In this document: piece after piece, positions 1 through 12,451 of the stretch | Layout: every line of letters begins with the position of its first letter | Numbering within the stretch: the first letter of the stretch is position 1 | Assembly (NCBI RefSeq): GCF_002113885.1 | Contig: NW_018405900.1 | Location: forward strand, 1,349,392-1,413,391 | Length of the DNA: 64,000 nucleotides | Reading direction: 5' to 3' | DNA from: Mizuhopecten yessoensis | Taxonomy: Eukaryota | Notes under the pieces: model-generated | Databases searched by the model: none | Told to the model about the DNA's origin: nothing | What the model saw: only the letters and a program-made list of their open reading frames with translations | Translations under genes and position numbers: made by a program

Positions 1-198
1 TAGATTTTCATTTCGAGGGTCTACTTGGCTGGTATTTGCAGTGTGTAAATGTATGAATACATAGTCTGATAACTTCTTCTACGTTTGGTTTTTATGCTTA
101 ACGTTCTATTAACAGCTAAGGTCTGGTAAGGACGTGCCTCCATGTATGTTGTGAATGCGCGCCGGAGGCACGGTATGTTGTTGTAGTTGTCTCCTTNT

Positions 199-332
199 GT
201 ATGCTGTCGCTAAGGTATAGTCTGTCCTTGTACATGTATGCTGTCGCTAAGGTGTAGTTTGTCCGTGTATGCTGTCGCTAAGGTATAGTCTGTCCTTGTA
301 CATGTATGCTGTCGCTAAGGTATAGTTTGTCC
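199..332. repeat. Short tandem repeat, 4 copies of about 29-37 bp (gtatgctgtcgctaaggtatagtctgtcc...)
   Basis: Directly visible; adjacent to a SINE tail fragment (about 85-195). Confidence 0.8.
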
Positions 333-648
333 AGGTGTGATGATGCTTTATTATATACGGTATATTTTGTCGTTGTATGTTGATGCTTTGGTAAACGTCC
401 TTGTATTTTGACCCAATGGTATATTTTGTTCTTGTTTGTTATCATTGTGGTAAATTTTCGTCTTCTGTATTTTCGCCGTTTCTATTTTGTTCTTTTGTTT
501 TGTGATTCTGGTATATGCATATTTTGTCTGTATATTATCCTGTTGTATGCATTTTTTTGCTTAAACAAGAATCAACTATTTACTTCATATGTTCGAAGTA
601 AACAACCTTTAACCATTTTTGAATTAAAATGCACCTTATCATAGATAC

Positions 649-824
649 CTTGTACGGTTTGCCGTCTAAGCCTTGTTGTTCCATTTCTTTGTCGAAAGAG
701 AATTTATATGTGTTCACCACATTGCCATTAACACTGACGATGCCGGTCCATGAGTCATCGTTTTGAGTATATTCCAATGAGGTCTTTATTTCTTTGTACT
801 TTGCTACCATTGCTGGATCAATGC
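649..824 (-). CDS. FABP/iLBP-like gene 1, coding exon 2 (GIDPAMVAKYKEIKTSLEYTQNDDSWTGIVSVNGNVVNTYKFSFDKEMEQQGLDGKPYK); exons 3-4 presumably left of the window
   Basis: Acceptor taacag|, donor AAG|GTATCT; 176 nt, phase 1 to 0; F-x-x-x-x-E...DG motif typical of FABP exon 2. Confidence 0.88.
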
Positions 825-1256
825 CTGTTACCAGTGAGAATTGTTTTATATGTTTTAGAAAGTAAAATAAAAGAAAGAAAAAAAAATATTTTCAGGAGTT
901 ATTTTAAAATCAATAAACAGGAAAGGAACATCAGTCCGTTCCTATAATATACATATAATATATATATAATACAATATCCTGTAATATTATTTATTTACAT
1001 TGTAATATTGTTCATTACACTTATATATTTTATACTATCCTTTTATTTATCTAGTTTTTGTTGTGTTATTGATAATCTCTGTTAGAAGTTGTGATATGTA
1101 AATGATCAAGTTTCTGTCTTAAAAAAAAGGTCGGATCGTCCTAAATATTTGGTCACCAGAGCAGATTTACTTGTGCATAACACAGAAAAGAGATTCTTTG
1201 AGCTTTTATGTATCTTTGCTAATGGAAAATTAAGTTGCAGGAAGGTATTAACGTAC

Positions 1257-1341
1257 CTAATGCTGCGTGGAAAGCGTCAAAGCCCTCTAATTCGCCATAT
1301 GTTTTTTCAGGAATCCATTTCCCTATAAACTTCCTTGCCAT
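1257..1341 (-). CDS. FABP/iLBP-like gene 1, coding exon 1 (MARKFIGKWIPEKTYGELEGFDAFHAAL-G)
   Basis: ATG at 1341; FABP N-terminal F-x-G-x-W motif; 85 nt ending in phase 1 at donor G|GTACGT; same length as gene 2 exon 1. Confidence 0.88.
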
Positions 1342-1414
1342 GATTGGAAATGTCGAATTTGTAGCTGGTGGTATGATGTATATACTGTGATAGAATTTTA
1401 CATAGTTGTGAAAG

Positions 1415-1421
1415 CTTATAT
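1415..1421 (-). promoter_or_regulatory. Candidate TATA-like element (ATATAAG) of FABP gene 1
   Basis: About 75 nt upstream of the ATG, similar in position to the TATATAAA of gene 2. Confidence 0.35.
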
Positions 1422-2162
1422 GTTTGTTAACCCTTGACGTGAGCAATCTGGTATTAATATGCAGATAAGCTTGATCTTGAATAAATACTCATACCGTTGT
1501 ACTTTGGTCATACCTTTGTATACTCTGTGGTTGAGAAAATGTATGCACTTTCTTTACTTATATATATATATATATATATAAATATATGTGTGTGTATATG
1601 TTAATGAGAGGTTTAACTTAATTGCTACCATAGCTAGGTACTCGACTGGAGAGGGTAAACGGATACCGAAATGTAAACAAAGCTGTAACTTGAACTCAAA
1701 ATCGATGACAAAAGGACAAAGTATGAGAAAAGAAAGATTAATAAGGAACATGGTAGCATTGTTGCCATTAGTAGATGTTATCTCCTGTTTGGTTTGATTC
1801 TCTTTGTTCTATTGCAAGGTTCTCCGTGTAAATCTTATCTTTGTTCAACTTTTCGTTGAATGTTGAGTTCAAATTACGGTTTTGTTACAATTTAGAGTAA
1901 CTTTATAGACGGTTTGACTTAACAAGAAGTTTTTAAAGTTACCCTCTTCTAACAATCCCAACAACACCAGTGCTATTGCTTTCTTTGTAAATACCTTAGT
2001 CCTCCGATGTTTGCCGTAACTGTTTTGGTCACAGTTCTCTGTTTGAGTAGTGGCAGGATTCATAATATGTACACTTTACTCATTGATATATAAAAAAAAA
2101 AAACAATACTTTCTGAATAACCAAATTCATATGATGAAGGGTTTGTATGCACCTTCTATTGT

Positions 2163-2243
2163 GCCAATATGGATTCCTACTACTTTCGGCCCCTAGTATC
2201 ACCGATGAGCTCAAGAAGGACGAAACAGCTGTAAGGTTCAGTG
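2163..2243 (+). ncRNA. Degenerate minimal type-I hammerhead ribozyme motif, dispersed family copy 1
   Basis: ggcccctagtatca-CCGATGA-GCTC-aagaa-GGAC-GAAA-C-AGCT-G-TA-aggttc; homologous copies at about 44942-45020 (-) and 54380-54430 (-). Confidence 0.55.
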
Positions 2244-2539
2244 TAATCTAATTTTAGCACATTGTATCAATTAACAAAATGGATAGGTGCAATCACACGT
2301 GTCCTACGATCATCATTGATCAGGGTTTAACGTCACAGTGATGAATGAATTTGTTCGTTAGGTCATTTCTTGATTGAAAACGGTTTCTAGGTAATTAAAT
2401 GCATCATTAGCATCAATGAAATCAAATGTATCATTAGCATAAATTAAGATCTTGAATTACTTTGATATACTATGAAGAAGTTTTTGAAATACACTGTTTT
2501 AAAAACATGTTTTAACGATGTCACTAGTAAAATATATTC

Positions 2540-2930
2540 TAGCTGTTGGTTGTACATGGTCTAACGTCCTAACAACAGCTAAGGTCATTTCAGAACGCCT
2601 CTGTGTATGCGTTCCGGAGACGGGTTTGTTAGTGTATATGCCTCCTGGTGAAAGCGCGGATCTGACGTCAATTTTATAATGCTATTTCACTTATATACCA
2701 TGCCGAAGGCACCCAGTACAGCATTCCGACCGGTCACATTATACCTGAAACGGGTGAACCAGAATTAGCATTACCTTAAATGCCAAGCTTTAAGCACGGA
2801 ACAACAAATACCATTTTCATGGACCTTGTTATGTCCGGCTTTCGGACACAACCTATTGCCTTCCTCACCTGGCGACTGTTAAACATGAAGTTAAATGCAC
2901 GGTTTTACCTAGCAAGGCACTAGACCAAAG
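2540..2930 (-). mobile_element. tRNA-derived SINE family A (Meta/MESC-like central domain), degenerate copy
   Basis: Shares the tail aacgtcct..aacagctaaggtcattt and the body gcgcggatctga..ccgaaggcaccc..gaccggtcacattatac with the copies at 17.7 kb and 51.1 kb. Confidence 0.7.
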
Positions 2931-3531
2931 GTAGCTAGAAGTAGAGAGAAGATTTTAGATCCTGAATATTGAAATGTCCCAGGTTTTACAATGGCTATGT
3001 ATCTAAGGAGCAAACTCTGTGTTAATGCTATTTCGCGATACGATTGGGTACCTGTCTTCTTTCCAATGTAACTGTATATATACTAACTTATTTCTGAAAA
3101 CAATATTTGGTAAAGTGACACCAGTCAAGGGAAGTAACTCAATAGCCATAATGAAATCACTTTAAGTACGAAACATCAGTAAAGACAGCAAGTATTTTAC
3201 ATTGTGGCGCCAAAACAAGGATCATATATAGAATTTCAATGAAAAGATATTTTGAAATGTTCCCTGAATTTGTTAGTCAGTGTCTGTCTCTGCGCTCAGT
3301 GCTGGGCCCACCTCAACATAATAAATATCTAACGGGATTAGGGACGGTTATTATTCCTATATACATTAATACGAGGTGTGGGTTAGGGTAAGTAATACAA
3401 AGATTAGTTATGAGAGAGCGGAAAAATGTGTAAGACAATCAATGAACCTCACTTCGAGATGGCGCCGCTTGCTAAAAAAGGAAGGGAACATGATGTCTAT
3501 ACGCGACGGCACCAATAGTCACCGAAGGAGG

Positions 3532-3574
3532 TTTCCCCTGATGAACCTCAAAAGAGGTGAAACTAATAGGGAGG
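3532..3574 (+). ncRNA. Minimal type-I hammerhead ribozyme, tandem copy A (near-canonical)
   Basis: Stem I TTTCCC/GGGAGG; core CTGATGA (3538-3544); perfect stem II ACCTC-AAAA-GAGGT; GAAA; short CTAA loop; TA cleavage site (after 3568). Confidence 0.75.
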
Positions 3575-3861
3575 TACTAAGAAACTCTTGTCACACACAC
3601 ACACACACACACACATGTATCTATATACTATAAAAAACAAAACAAATCCCAACAACATGTCATTAGCGTTTTTATCTCATCAAAGATATTCTTCTGACTG
3701 GTTATTTCGAGACGAAATGACAAGGTCATAAACTACGACGTCACCTAATAGTTCGCTTTAGCGACAATGATATGTTGTTGAGATTGTTTCCTTTTTATAG
3801 TATATGTATTTGTGTGTGTGTGAATGAGAAAAATATCGATGCCAGTCTACACCGAAGGAAG

Positions 3862-3904
3862 TTTCCCCCGATGAACATCAAAGGAAGTGAAAGTACTAGG
3901 GAGG
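3862..3904 (+). ncRNA. Minimal type-I hammerhead ribozyme, tandem copy B (330 nt downstream of A)
   Basis: TTTCCC-CCGATGA-ACATC-AAAG-GAAGT-GAAA-GTAC-TA-GGGAGG; U4C variant, one stem II mismatch, palindromic GTAC loop. Confidence 0.62.
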
Positions 3905-4081
3905 TACGAAGTGACACTTGTCATTTTTTTTTTATATATTTAACCATCACAAGTATTTTGGATATTTTTCTCATTTACACACATCCATAAATATACTATA
4001 AAAAGAAATTACAAAGTCATAAAATATGACGTCACATTATACTTTGCTATCGTTATAGATAGATATAAATCATTTCACCAT

Positions 4082-4500
4082 GATGAATCCGGTAAATACG
4101 TCATTTTAGATCACAAAACTCAAGAAAAGAATCATCAGGGTGGTGTAAAATCCATGTCCATAAATGTCCAGCTACTGAGAAACGCATGTATGCCACAGGC
4201 ACATCCAGTTGTCCCGTCGAAATGTTGAGGCGATTGATAAACAAAACTGACCCAAATGCAGTTAATTTATTCAATCAGAACACCAAAGAATCTGTCCTCT
4301 ATCAAACTCATGCCCAAATCTGGTTCACTGCTTAACCGTTGAAAAAATGCAGGGCAGCGTCTATTGAAACAAAATACACACCACACTGTCTCCGAGCAAC
4401 ATCTATCCATTTTTTAAACGACAAATGTTACAAAACCAGCCATATAATGTGTATGAGTGGTCATAAAAGTGAAGCGTCACTGAGGGCAATAGGAACATGT
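4082..4500 (+). pseudogene. Decayed Crypton-type (DUF3504-like) tyrosine recombinase, C-terminal catalytic region
   Basis: Translation across a frameshift and a stop gives KNHQGG...KRMYATGTSSCPV...WFTA*P...KYTPHCLRATSI...IMCMSGHKSEASLR. This has the H-x-x-R and GH motifs of tyrosine recombinases in the Crypton/ZMYM arrangement. Confidence 0.75.
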
Positions 4501-5575
4501 CTACAACTCGAAATAAATCATAAAGTACGACACTATCGTAAGCATTTACAGTCTAACCGCGCACTTCCCTCTAAATCACAGTCGACCATTATTCAGTAGC
4601 ACGTCGTTCGTTGATGATAATGGCCGCGACAGTCACGCAGTAGCTGAATCAGCTCGATATTCCATCTAGGAACACACAGCACAAGCAGGCACAACCACAC
4701 AAATGAATCCTCAATCAACCAACAATATTACACCGGGATTCTTTGGAAATTCGACATTTACCGGCTGTAGTTTCTCTTTTAATCACATATAAAAACCTCC
4801 CGCCTGAAACCAATTTCAACTGCTTTTCCACAGGTGCAACTAACTACCGGATCGCTTCATCGTATTCCCCTCCTCACTAGCAAGCTTATATAAGCAAAAT
4901 AACCACTACCATCCAAAAATATTTTCCGTATTATGTAAGAATATTATATTATGTGAATTGCATATGTTTACTGATTAAATCGTATCGATATTTTTGTGTT
5001 TATTTCCACAAACTATTTTTTTACAGTGAAAGTCTTGACTACATTTGGAGAGCAATTCCATGAACTGTTCTACTTATTTAACAAACGCCGCGAAATGGGA
5101 ATTTAAGAGTGCGTTTTGAACTTGGAAATGCATATATTTGCATTTTGTATTGTTTTACGGCCCACCGACAATTTGAGTCTTTTAGGGCCAAACAACAATG
5201 TAAAAAATAGACATTCACAAAAAAATGAATACATAAAATCCCGAAACAAGAGGTTAAAATGTCTAAAAGTTGTCAAAATATCTCAATAGCAAACGAATTG
5301 CTTATAAAATATTTCATATCATACTAGAGAGATTAATTGAATGTAAAGAATCATCGATTGATTGCACAGAAACTGTGACGAATAAACTTTTCATTGAAGG
5401 TACACAATCTGTCACGTATTTGTTTGATATCAGCGCAGTCAATCATAAAGTGTTTGACTGTAATTGGTTGATCGCACGCATGACAATAAGGTTGTTCTTC
5501 CATTTGTAAAATGTAGCTATGTGTGATGTAGGTTTTGCCTATGCGTGATCGCGAGAGGACAATTTCCTCTCTGCG

Positions 5576-5770
5576 GTTTGGTTTGGTTAAATTTTGTTTT
5601 ACGTCCTATTAACGGCTAAAGTCATTTAAGGACTTGCTTTCGTGTGTGTTGTGTATGCAAGCTTGCGTGTGTGCATGCAGGACACAGGGTATGTTTGGGT
5701 GCTTGCCTCCTTGTGATAGCGCGGATCTGATGCCGACTTTATATTGCTATCTCACTGAAATACTATGCGA
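5576..5770 (-). mobile_element. SINE family A, 3' fragment
   Basis: (GGTTT)n tail plus acgtcctattaacggctaaagtcatttaaggac...gcgcggatctgatgccgactttat. Confidence 0.7.
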
Positions 5771-6432
5771 ATTATCAAGCAGTGGATTCTGGTAAGGGAC
5801 TCAGTATGTCCAAGACAACTCTTTCAATGGGAGCTCCCAACAATGTATTGTGCCATATATCTTTGACATCCTTTCTGTGTTACCTAACGTTGTTGACAAT
5901 AAACGACAATTCATACATCGCTCTGTAAAGCTTGTCAAATAAAACCGTCATTGAACGCGTTCCAAAATTCTGTCCCGACTCTGGAAAATCATTTAGAGCT
6001 CTAGCACTTCTCGGTGCATCGAGCATAGACAATACTGCTCCGATTGGACAATACTGTAGCATTTACGGGGGTCGCATATTTCTAATATTCACTGAAGCGT
6101 TACAGTTATTATGAGTTCGTTACTGGGAGGAAGAAATATTTAGCTTCTTCGTCCCAGGTCGTCCCGACTCGGTTGATAAATAGAAAATATCTAAAATAAA
6201 GGCAAGATATGTTTACAAAGTTAGAAGAACTGATATAAAGTCAATAAATAAAGAATGGTATTTACAATGATAAAACAGATATGCCGTATCGCCCACTGGT
6301 CGGTCTAATATTGGACCTAAAACTCAGGCCAAGTTACTCCGAGACTGGGGCTTTCCCTAAGGATGTATCTGGGGAAAACCCCGCACGATGTCACCCAGAC
6401 GTTCAGGGAATTAAATTGGGGAAAAATTCGGG

Positions 6433-6542
6433 GTTTGATTTGGTTTGGTTTGGTTTAGTATTGTTAAACGTCCTATCAACAGCTATGGTCATTTAAAGAC
6501 GGTCTCCCCTGTGTACAAGATGCATGCATATAGTGTATGCGT
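6433..6542 (-). mobile_element. SINE family A tail, left half of the copy split by the AcademH insertion (continues 15482-15635)
   Basis: Joining 6542 to 15491 restores the SINE sequence seen in uninterrupted copies. Confidence 0.8.
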
Positions 6543-6744
6543 CAATCTAATTAAAATCAGATCTCTCATTACACTACATTATGGAGATCTGACGGAGCCC
6601 CATTGAAAACAGCGTTTCAGTGACCCGGGGTCAAATCATATTCAACCAATCAAATCACCGCTGCCAGGTTTCTGGATGTTTCCGCAAAAAGTGATAATAG
6701 AAAGCGATCGAGGGATATCGAAAGAACGTAACGAAGAAAAACAA

Positions 6745-9700
6745 ATGGCAGCGTCCATGTTGCAAAAGTCAACACCACGAAAAAAATGTTTCTCAGGTAA
6801 CTTATGTATAATATGCGGTTTCAATTTGACAAAAACAGAACCTTTAGAAGACGGGAGTAATATCAGTATTAAAGTTTTTGACAAAAAAAAGTAAAATTAA
6901 CTTCAGAAAGATGTTCAATAATTGAACAGGTGGTCGGAAAAAGTGTTTGGTCACTCCTGAGTACATTATAGAAGCAGCTGCTACACTTGTTTGCAAAGAA
7001 TGCAAGGCTTTGTGTAAACGCGGTTCATGATGTGTTTTGCGAGACAGAAGTTGTGATGGGACATGTGGGTTTACTTGGGACAAGCTTCATAAGAAATGTC
7101 AGGACCGATCACCCTATGCATTAAAACTTGAGTCATCCATGCTTGGCAGCACCAATTCAGAATCTGGAACTGTAAATTATTTACACAGCTTGGAAACAAT
7201 TAGTTCAGCACTTCATGGTAGAAATCCAGATATATCCTCCTTACAATACCAGATTGGGTTCATCCTGACATATGGAGGATGTAAGCAAAGGGTAAATGCA
7301 CATCCAATTTAGTAAGATTAGATCTGTCATTACTATATATACTGGTACATTTATGTATATTTACTGGGTGTGAAGAGGCAAATACACTTCAAGAGTTGTC
7401 TTGGGGTCATAAGGTTTTCAATATGGCAGACGGTGGCCATCTTGGATTCTGACTTTTGACGATTTCGCTACTTCTTAGTAACTAGGGATCTTGTCGGATT
7501 TTGACAGTTAAGACTTGTTATGCTACATCTCAGAAAGCACTGCTTGGATTGTTTTCTTCAAATTTGACATATTCCCCTTTTTCCAGTTTTGCTTGTTCAA
7601 TGTTGGCACTGATCGATGAGAAGAATATTCAGTGGCTATAAAGTTTGTTATTGCTGTTATTACAGTACTGTACTACACATTTTACATGTACGTTATCCAT
7701 GATCCGTAGTTGACTCTTTAATATTTGTGACCTTGCCTGTGACCACTTATAATATATGGGATATCTCTTTTAAACTGTAATGAGTAACATGAAACTGTAA
7801 TGTGTGAGCAATACAGGCAGCCTTGTTTATTTCTAAAGGATATTGAAAGACTTTCTAAGATGGGACTCTGCACTTCACCAAAGTCTATCCAGACCAAATT
7901 ACTTTCATGTGAAATGTTTCTGGATGCGGAAGTGTTGAAAATCAAGGAAGACTGGAATGAGGATGGATCAATAAAATCCCAGCTAATTGGTGACAACTGG
8001 GACAAAAACATCATTTCATCATAGCGAACATCTCAGGACAAGACAATTTCACTACATCTTTTTAACATGTATGCTTTGGTGGATAGGATCATTTCCATCA
8101 CCACTGCTGATGTGCATGAAACTGCGATGAAGTCAGTGGATGTCATTCCACCTGTTGAAGAGCAGGTCCTTCTTGGAAAGGAATTGACATTTGTTGTGGC
8201 TTCATCAGTCATTAGAAGCATAGAACAAATTCAGAAAGTGTTTGGATAAATTTACCCGACGCATCTACAGCACAAGTACAGCCAGCCAGGTCTAAAAACC
8301 AAGCAGGTATAGATTCTATTTTCTGTGTATGAGATATGAATTATTTATAATGGTGGACATAAGGATGCAATTTCATGTCAATAACCAAGGGGAGATAATT
8401 ATGAAGAGTTATGTCCCTTAGATGTAATCTCACTTGGGTACTGATATTGGGTTTTCCCACATGGTTTAAATGTACTGAGGTGGAAATTGTAATATGGAGT
8501 TATTGTTTTACTATGCAAGACCATCATTTTAGTATGAAGGTGAATTTTTATTATGGAGAAGCATCCATAGCAAAACAGGATTAATTATGCATTGTATAAA
8601 CTATGTTTGTAGGCGATCGATTGACAAGTGAAAGAATACAAGGAGCACAGCAGGCAATGTCAAATGCTGCTACAGGACTGAAGAGACTTCAAAGCTTCAT
8701 TTCAAATATTGAAGATTGGCATCGCATGATGAATATCATAATACATGTCTGTCCGTAGAAAAGTCTTGTCCGGACACACTCCTAAACTAGTGACCAATTT
8801 TAATGAAACTACACAGGAATGTTAGGGAACAAGTGTAGATGTGCATGTTGTTGTTTTTTGGTTTTTGTTTTGTTTTTTTAATTTGTTTTCCATGGTAACC
8901 AGGTTGGTGTACAAAAGTGTTTGTGTTAAATATTGTCCCGTCAAATCCTCCTAAACTAGTGAACCAATTTTAATGAAACTACACAGGAATGTTAGATGTG
9001 AACGCGGCTTTTTGGTTGTTTTTTTTGGCCATGGGGGTGTTATTTTACTAACTACTTACTAGTTGGCTAACTGCTATCGACTTAGTTCTAGTTCAGGCTT
9101 GTCCTAAAGCATATACTCAAGTCATATCATTGTTTGTTTTTATTTTGCTACTATCTACTCAAGATCTGGCATACCGATTGAGATTTATTTTGTTTTTATT
9201 ACCAAAGATGCCAACACATTTTGAGTAGCAGAGTTTCAGATTAAAACCTCAATAAACCATTACTTTTCCTGGCAATAGCCAAGCAGACATATGACACCAC
9301 ATCTGCAGCTGACAGGGGGACACCTTGCTTTCTTCGGCACCTCCTAAATTTACGCAGTGTTAAAGGACAAGTGAAAAATTCATTCAGAGCTTACAAGCAT
9401 CTATATTACACCATATTTGATGGCATTTGTTGGTTGCTCTTTCTAAGGGAAATTAATAAAACCAATCTTGATGACCAAATTGAATTTCCAGAGAAATTTG
9501 AAGAGAAAAATGACAGTGAGAAGAATGCATGGCTTGATGAAGTGTGTGAAAATGTGGTTAGAAATTGGTTTTTTGGCGACGGCAATGATATTGTGGACGA
9601 GGTGAGGAAAGTGTGTGAGGATCCAAACCACCCAAAAACTATTGGGTAGCAAATATTCAAGATGGCCAATTCCATTTCTGTGGAAAAACCTATGCCTGTG

Positions 9701-10087
9701 AAGAAACATTGAAAGCCCATGAGAAGATAAAGCATCATTATTTTGTCCATACCAGGAAGCCCAAGAAGTCAAAGAGCAATAAAGATGAATTGTACAACTA
9801 TATATTGTTATTGTTTAAGCTAACCGCTCTACTTCGAAACTTAGACACTGCTATTGACATGGCGGATGGAGAAAGAGTTGTACGGTCAGCGAAATATGAA
9901 CTCCCTATCTTCAACAAAACAAGAAAAACTAAGTATGCCATCGGATGTGTTCACCTAACTGCAATGGCTGAAGAAATATTGTTGCCGGAACAACGGCCTA
10001 TCGATGTGTGAATCTTCAAGGTGGCAAGAACAATGATGTTGCATTAGATGAATACCTTGAAATGCTGAACAGAGACAGTAAGGAAAT
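6745..10087 (+). pseudogene. AcademH transposase (DUF6589-like), multi-exon, with stops and frameshifts
   Basis: Fragments LQYQIGFILTYGGC, IERLSKMGLCTS, LIGDNWDKNI...LHLFN, GDRLTSERIQGAQ...IEDWHRMMNI, a C2H2-like CGKTY...H, ADGERVVRSAKYELPIF..TRKTKYAIGC and DVALDEYLEMLNR; GT-AG boundaries such as CAAAGG|GTAAAT and AAGCAG|GTATAG. Confidence 0.75.
8745..9005 (+). repeat. Dispersed repeat fragment with an internal duplicated block (ctcctaaactagtgaccaattttaatgaaactacacaggaatgttag x2), Helentron/HINE-core-like
   Basis: Direct duplication at about 8779 and 8949, interrupting the transposase. Confidence 0.5.
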
Positions 10088-11761
10088 AGATCATTTTCAC
10101 AATCGCTGTTCGTGATTGTCTCCCCTGCCACTGTAATATTCAAAACAAGGCGCGGGATGTAAGGCTGATTTCCGGTGGCAAACACGTGAAGACCAGGCTA
10201 AAATGGCATAGCGCATCAACAATATGTAGACGAAATCTCACATTGACATCGATGCCAATCATGACCACTTGTTTCGGTAAGTACATATTGTAAATGAATT
10301 CAAGTAAAGAGGTGTGATATTATGACCGTATCAATGATATCACGCTGTTTACCTGGGAGCACACGTTTCACAGAGCACAGCCACAGACGTGCACATAGCT
10401 ACTTCAAAGTGTTGTAAATAAGTCATTTCCGTAGCCGGCAATATCACCTACTTGGAAATTCGTACTATTACCGGTATATGACGGCAGTTAAATATATCTA
10501 CCTGTCCTTTAAGTCAGATGATAATTAATCACATGCGATCGCCTGCAGTGCCCCGGTCTCTGCATGTAATCGGTCTTACCTGTAAACATGTAAACTTGAA
10601 CATCGCTACTCGTAATCGCAGCCAAACTACTTAAGTCTTTGTCGACATTCATTCCATGGTCTTAGATATATGATTATTAATTCAATACGTCACTTGGATT
10701 GGCAAGATTATTTATTTGCATTATCATCAAATTATGGCCATTGGCATATTGAAAAAAAAAATGAGCTGAATGGATCCATTTTCTCTCTCATTTCTCCGAT
10801 AATGTTTTTTGTTTGGTCTTATATCACACAACATTGTGAGATTTACCAATACTATGTGGATTGCAATAAGACTTTTAGTCTGTTTATATTGTTCATATGT
10901 CAAAGGTGCCTCCAATATACTGACATAGTCTAACACGCGTGTATCTGTGACATGTGTATTGTACAACACACATACATTTTTGTATCAAGTGTCATGAATT
11001 TGCCAGTCAAGCGAAATACATTAGACGTATCCAGAATATGAAAGGGATTTTTCTAAATTTCAGATGACGTATGAAATAAAACAAAAATCTAACATGTAAT
11101 GTGAATAATTTCACTTACATGGCAAATATAGAAACAAAATTCTTAAATAATTTTGATTTGATTAGGTAATTCATACGTTGTATGAAATAATCAAATCATA
11201 AATAAATAGGCTAGTGCATGTATATAAGCCATATATGACATATTTTTATATATCGGATGAGTTGTTTAATAATAAATTCCACTTGCGTTAAATTTAAGTA
11301 AATTAAAATGAGTATATATACATTGTACAATGTAAATATATCCCAATCAGATTAACATGTGAAATCCGACATCCTGTGGGACACATATTTCTGGTCAGAT
11401 GAACCTGTCTTATCCAACACCCTGTGGGACACAACAGATTATTGTATTAGATGCTGTATCAATCACAGCTGCAGGGGTCTATTTCCTATGATAATGGGGT
11501 AATTGATGCATAAAGTCAAAACAAACATATTTTAGGACTTGTCAAATCTTTAGGTTAAAGTGTATGTGCAAGAGTTGAAATTCAATAAACATAACATTTG
11601 ATGTTTCACAGTTTGTACTGGGGTTTTTTAATTTTTATATTTATCATTTTCATATAAAAACCTTTTAAATACAATAAAGTTAAAACAAATGAAAATTATC
11701 AATCAGAGAGCTAGGGATATTATTTCTAATATGATATATTTCTTATATTTACAGATGGATC

Positions 11762-12449
11762 TAGTCCGAATTATTCTGACGTTTTAACGACTTTTTTCAT
11801 ATCGGTCTGTCGTCGATTAACGTCAGAACTCCGGCCCTCTATAATATGCGGGAAATATGCGACCCGGAGCGCACTTCAAACTGATATTTTAGAAACAAAT
11901 CGTCACTTTCACACACATGTCGCATATGGATCGAAAGATCTATTCTTTATGCACTAGGTGGTATCAATAACATCTTTCAAAGATCATTACGAAAAGCATT
12001 TTCCAACGTTTTCTATACCAACCCATGTTTTTTATGGAAATTAGGCCATGAGAAATGTCACATGACTTGACGAGATCACGCGTTACCGAAGGTATTTCCC
12101 AACGTTATGACGTAGGCCGGCGAGATTTTAGTCACGTGGCTTTGGAAGGCGGGGCTATCAAAAACCTAGAGTAAAACAGAGTAAGTTTGAAAAAATATGT
12201 TTTTAGTGATTGTATTAGTTGTTTGAGGCATGTTATGTATGTGTATCTTGTGCATAAAGAATAGATCTTTCGATCCATGTGCGACATGTTTGTGAAAGTG
12301 ACGATTTGTTTCTAAAATATCAGTTTGAAGTGCGCTCCGGGCGCGGGTCGCATATTTCCCGCATATTATATAGAGGGCCGGAGTTCTGACGTTAATCGAC
12401 GACAGACCGATATAAAAAAGTCGATAAAACGTCAGAATAATTCGGACTA
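11762..12449. mobile_element. Non-autonomous MITE (688 bp) with about 195-bp TIRs and 9-bp TSD; Academ-like TAG...CTA termini
   Basis: TAGTCCGAATTATTCTGACG... / ...CGTCAGAATAATTCGGACTA; TSD AGATGGATC at 11753-11761 and 12450-12458. Confidence 0.9.
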
Positions 12450-12451
12450 AG

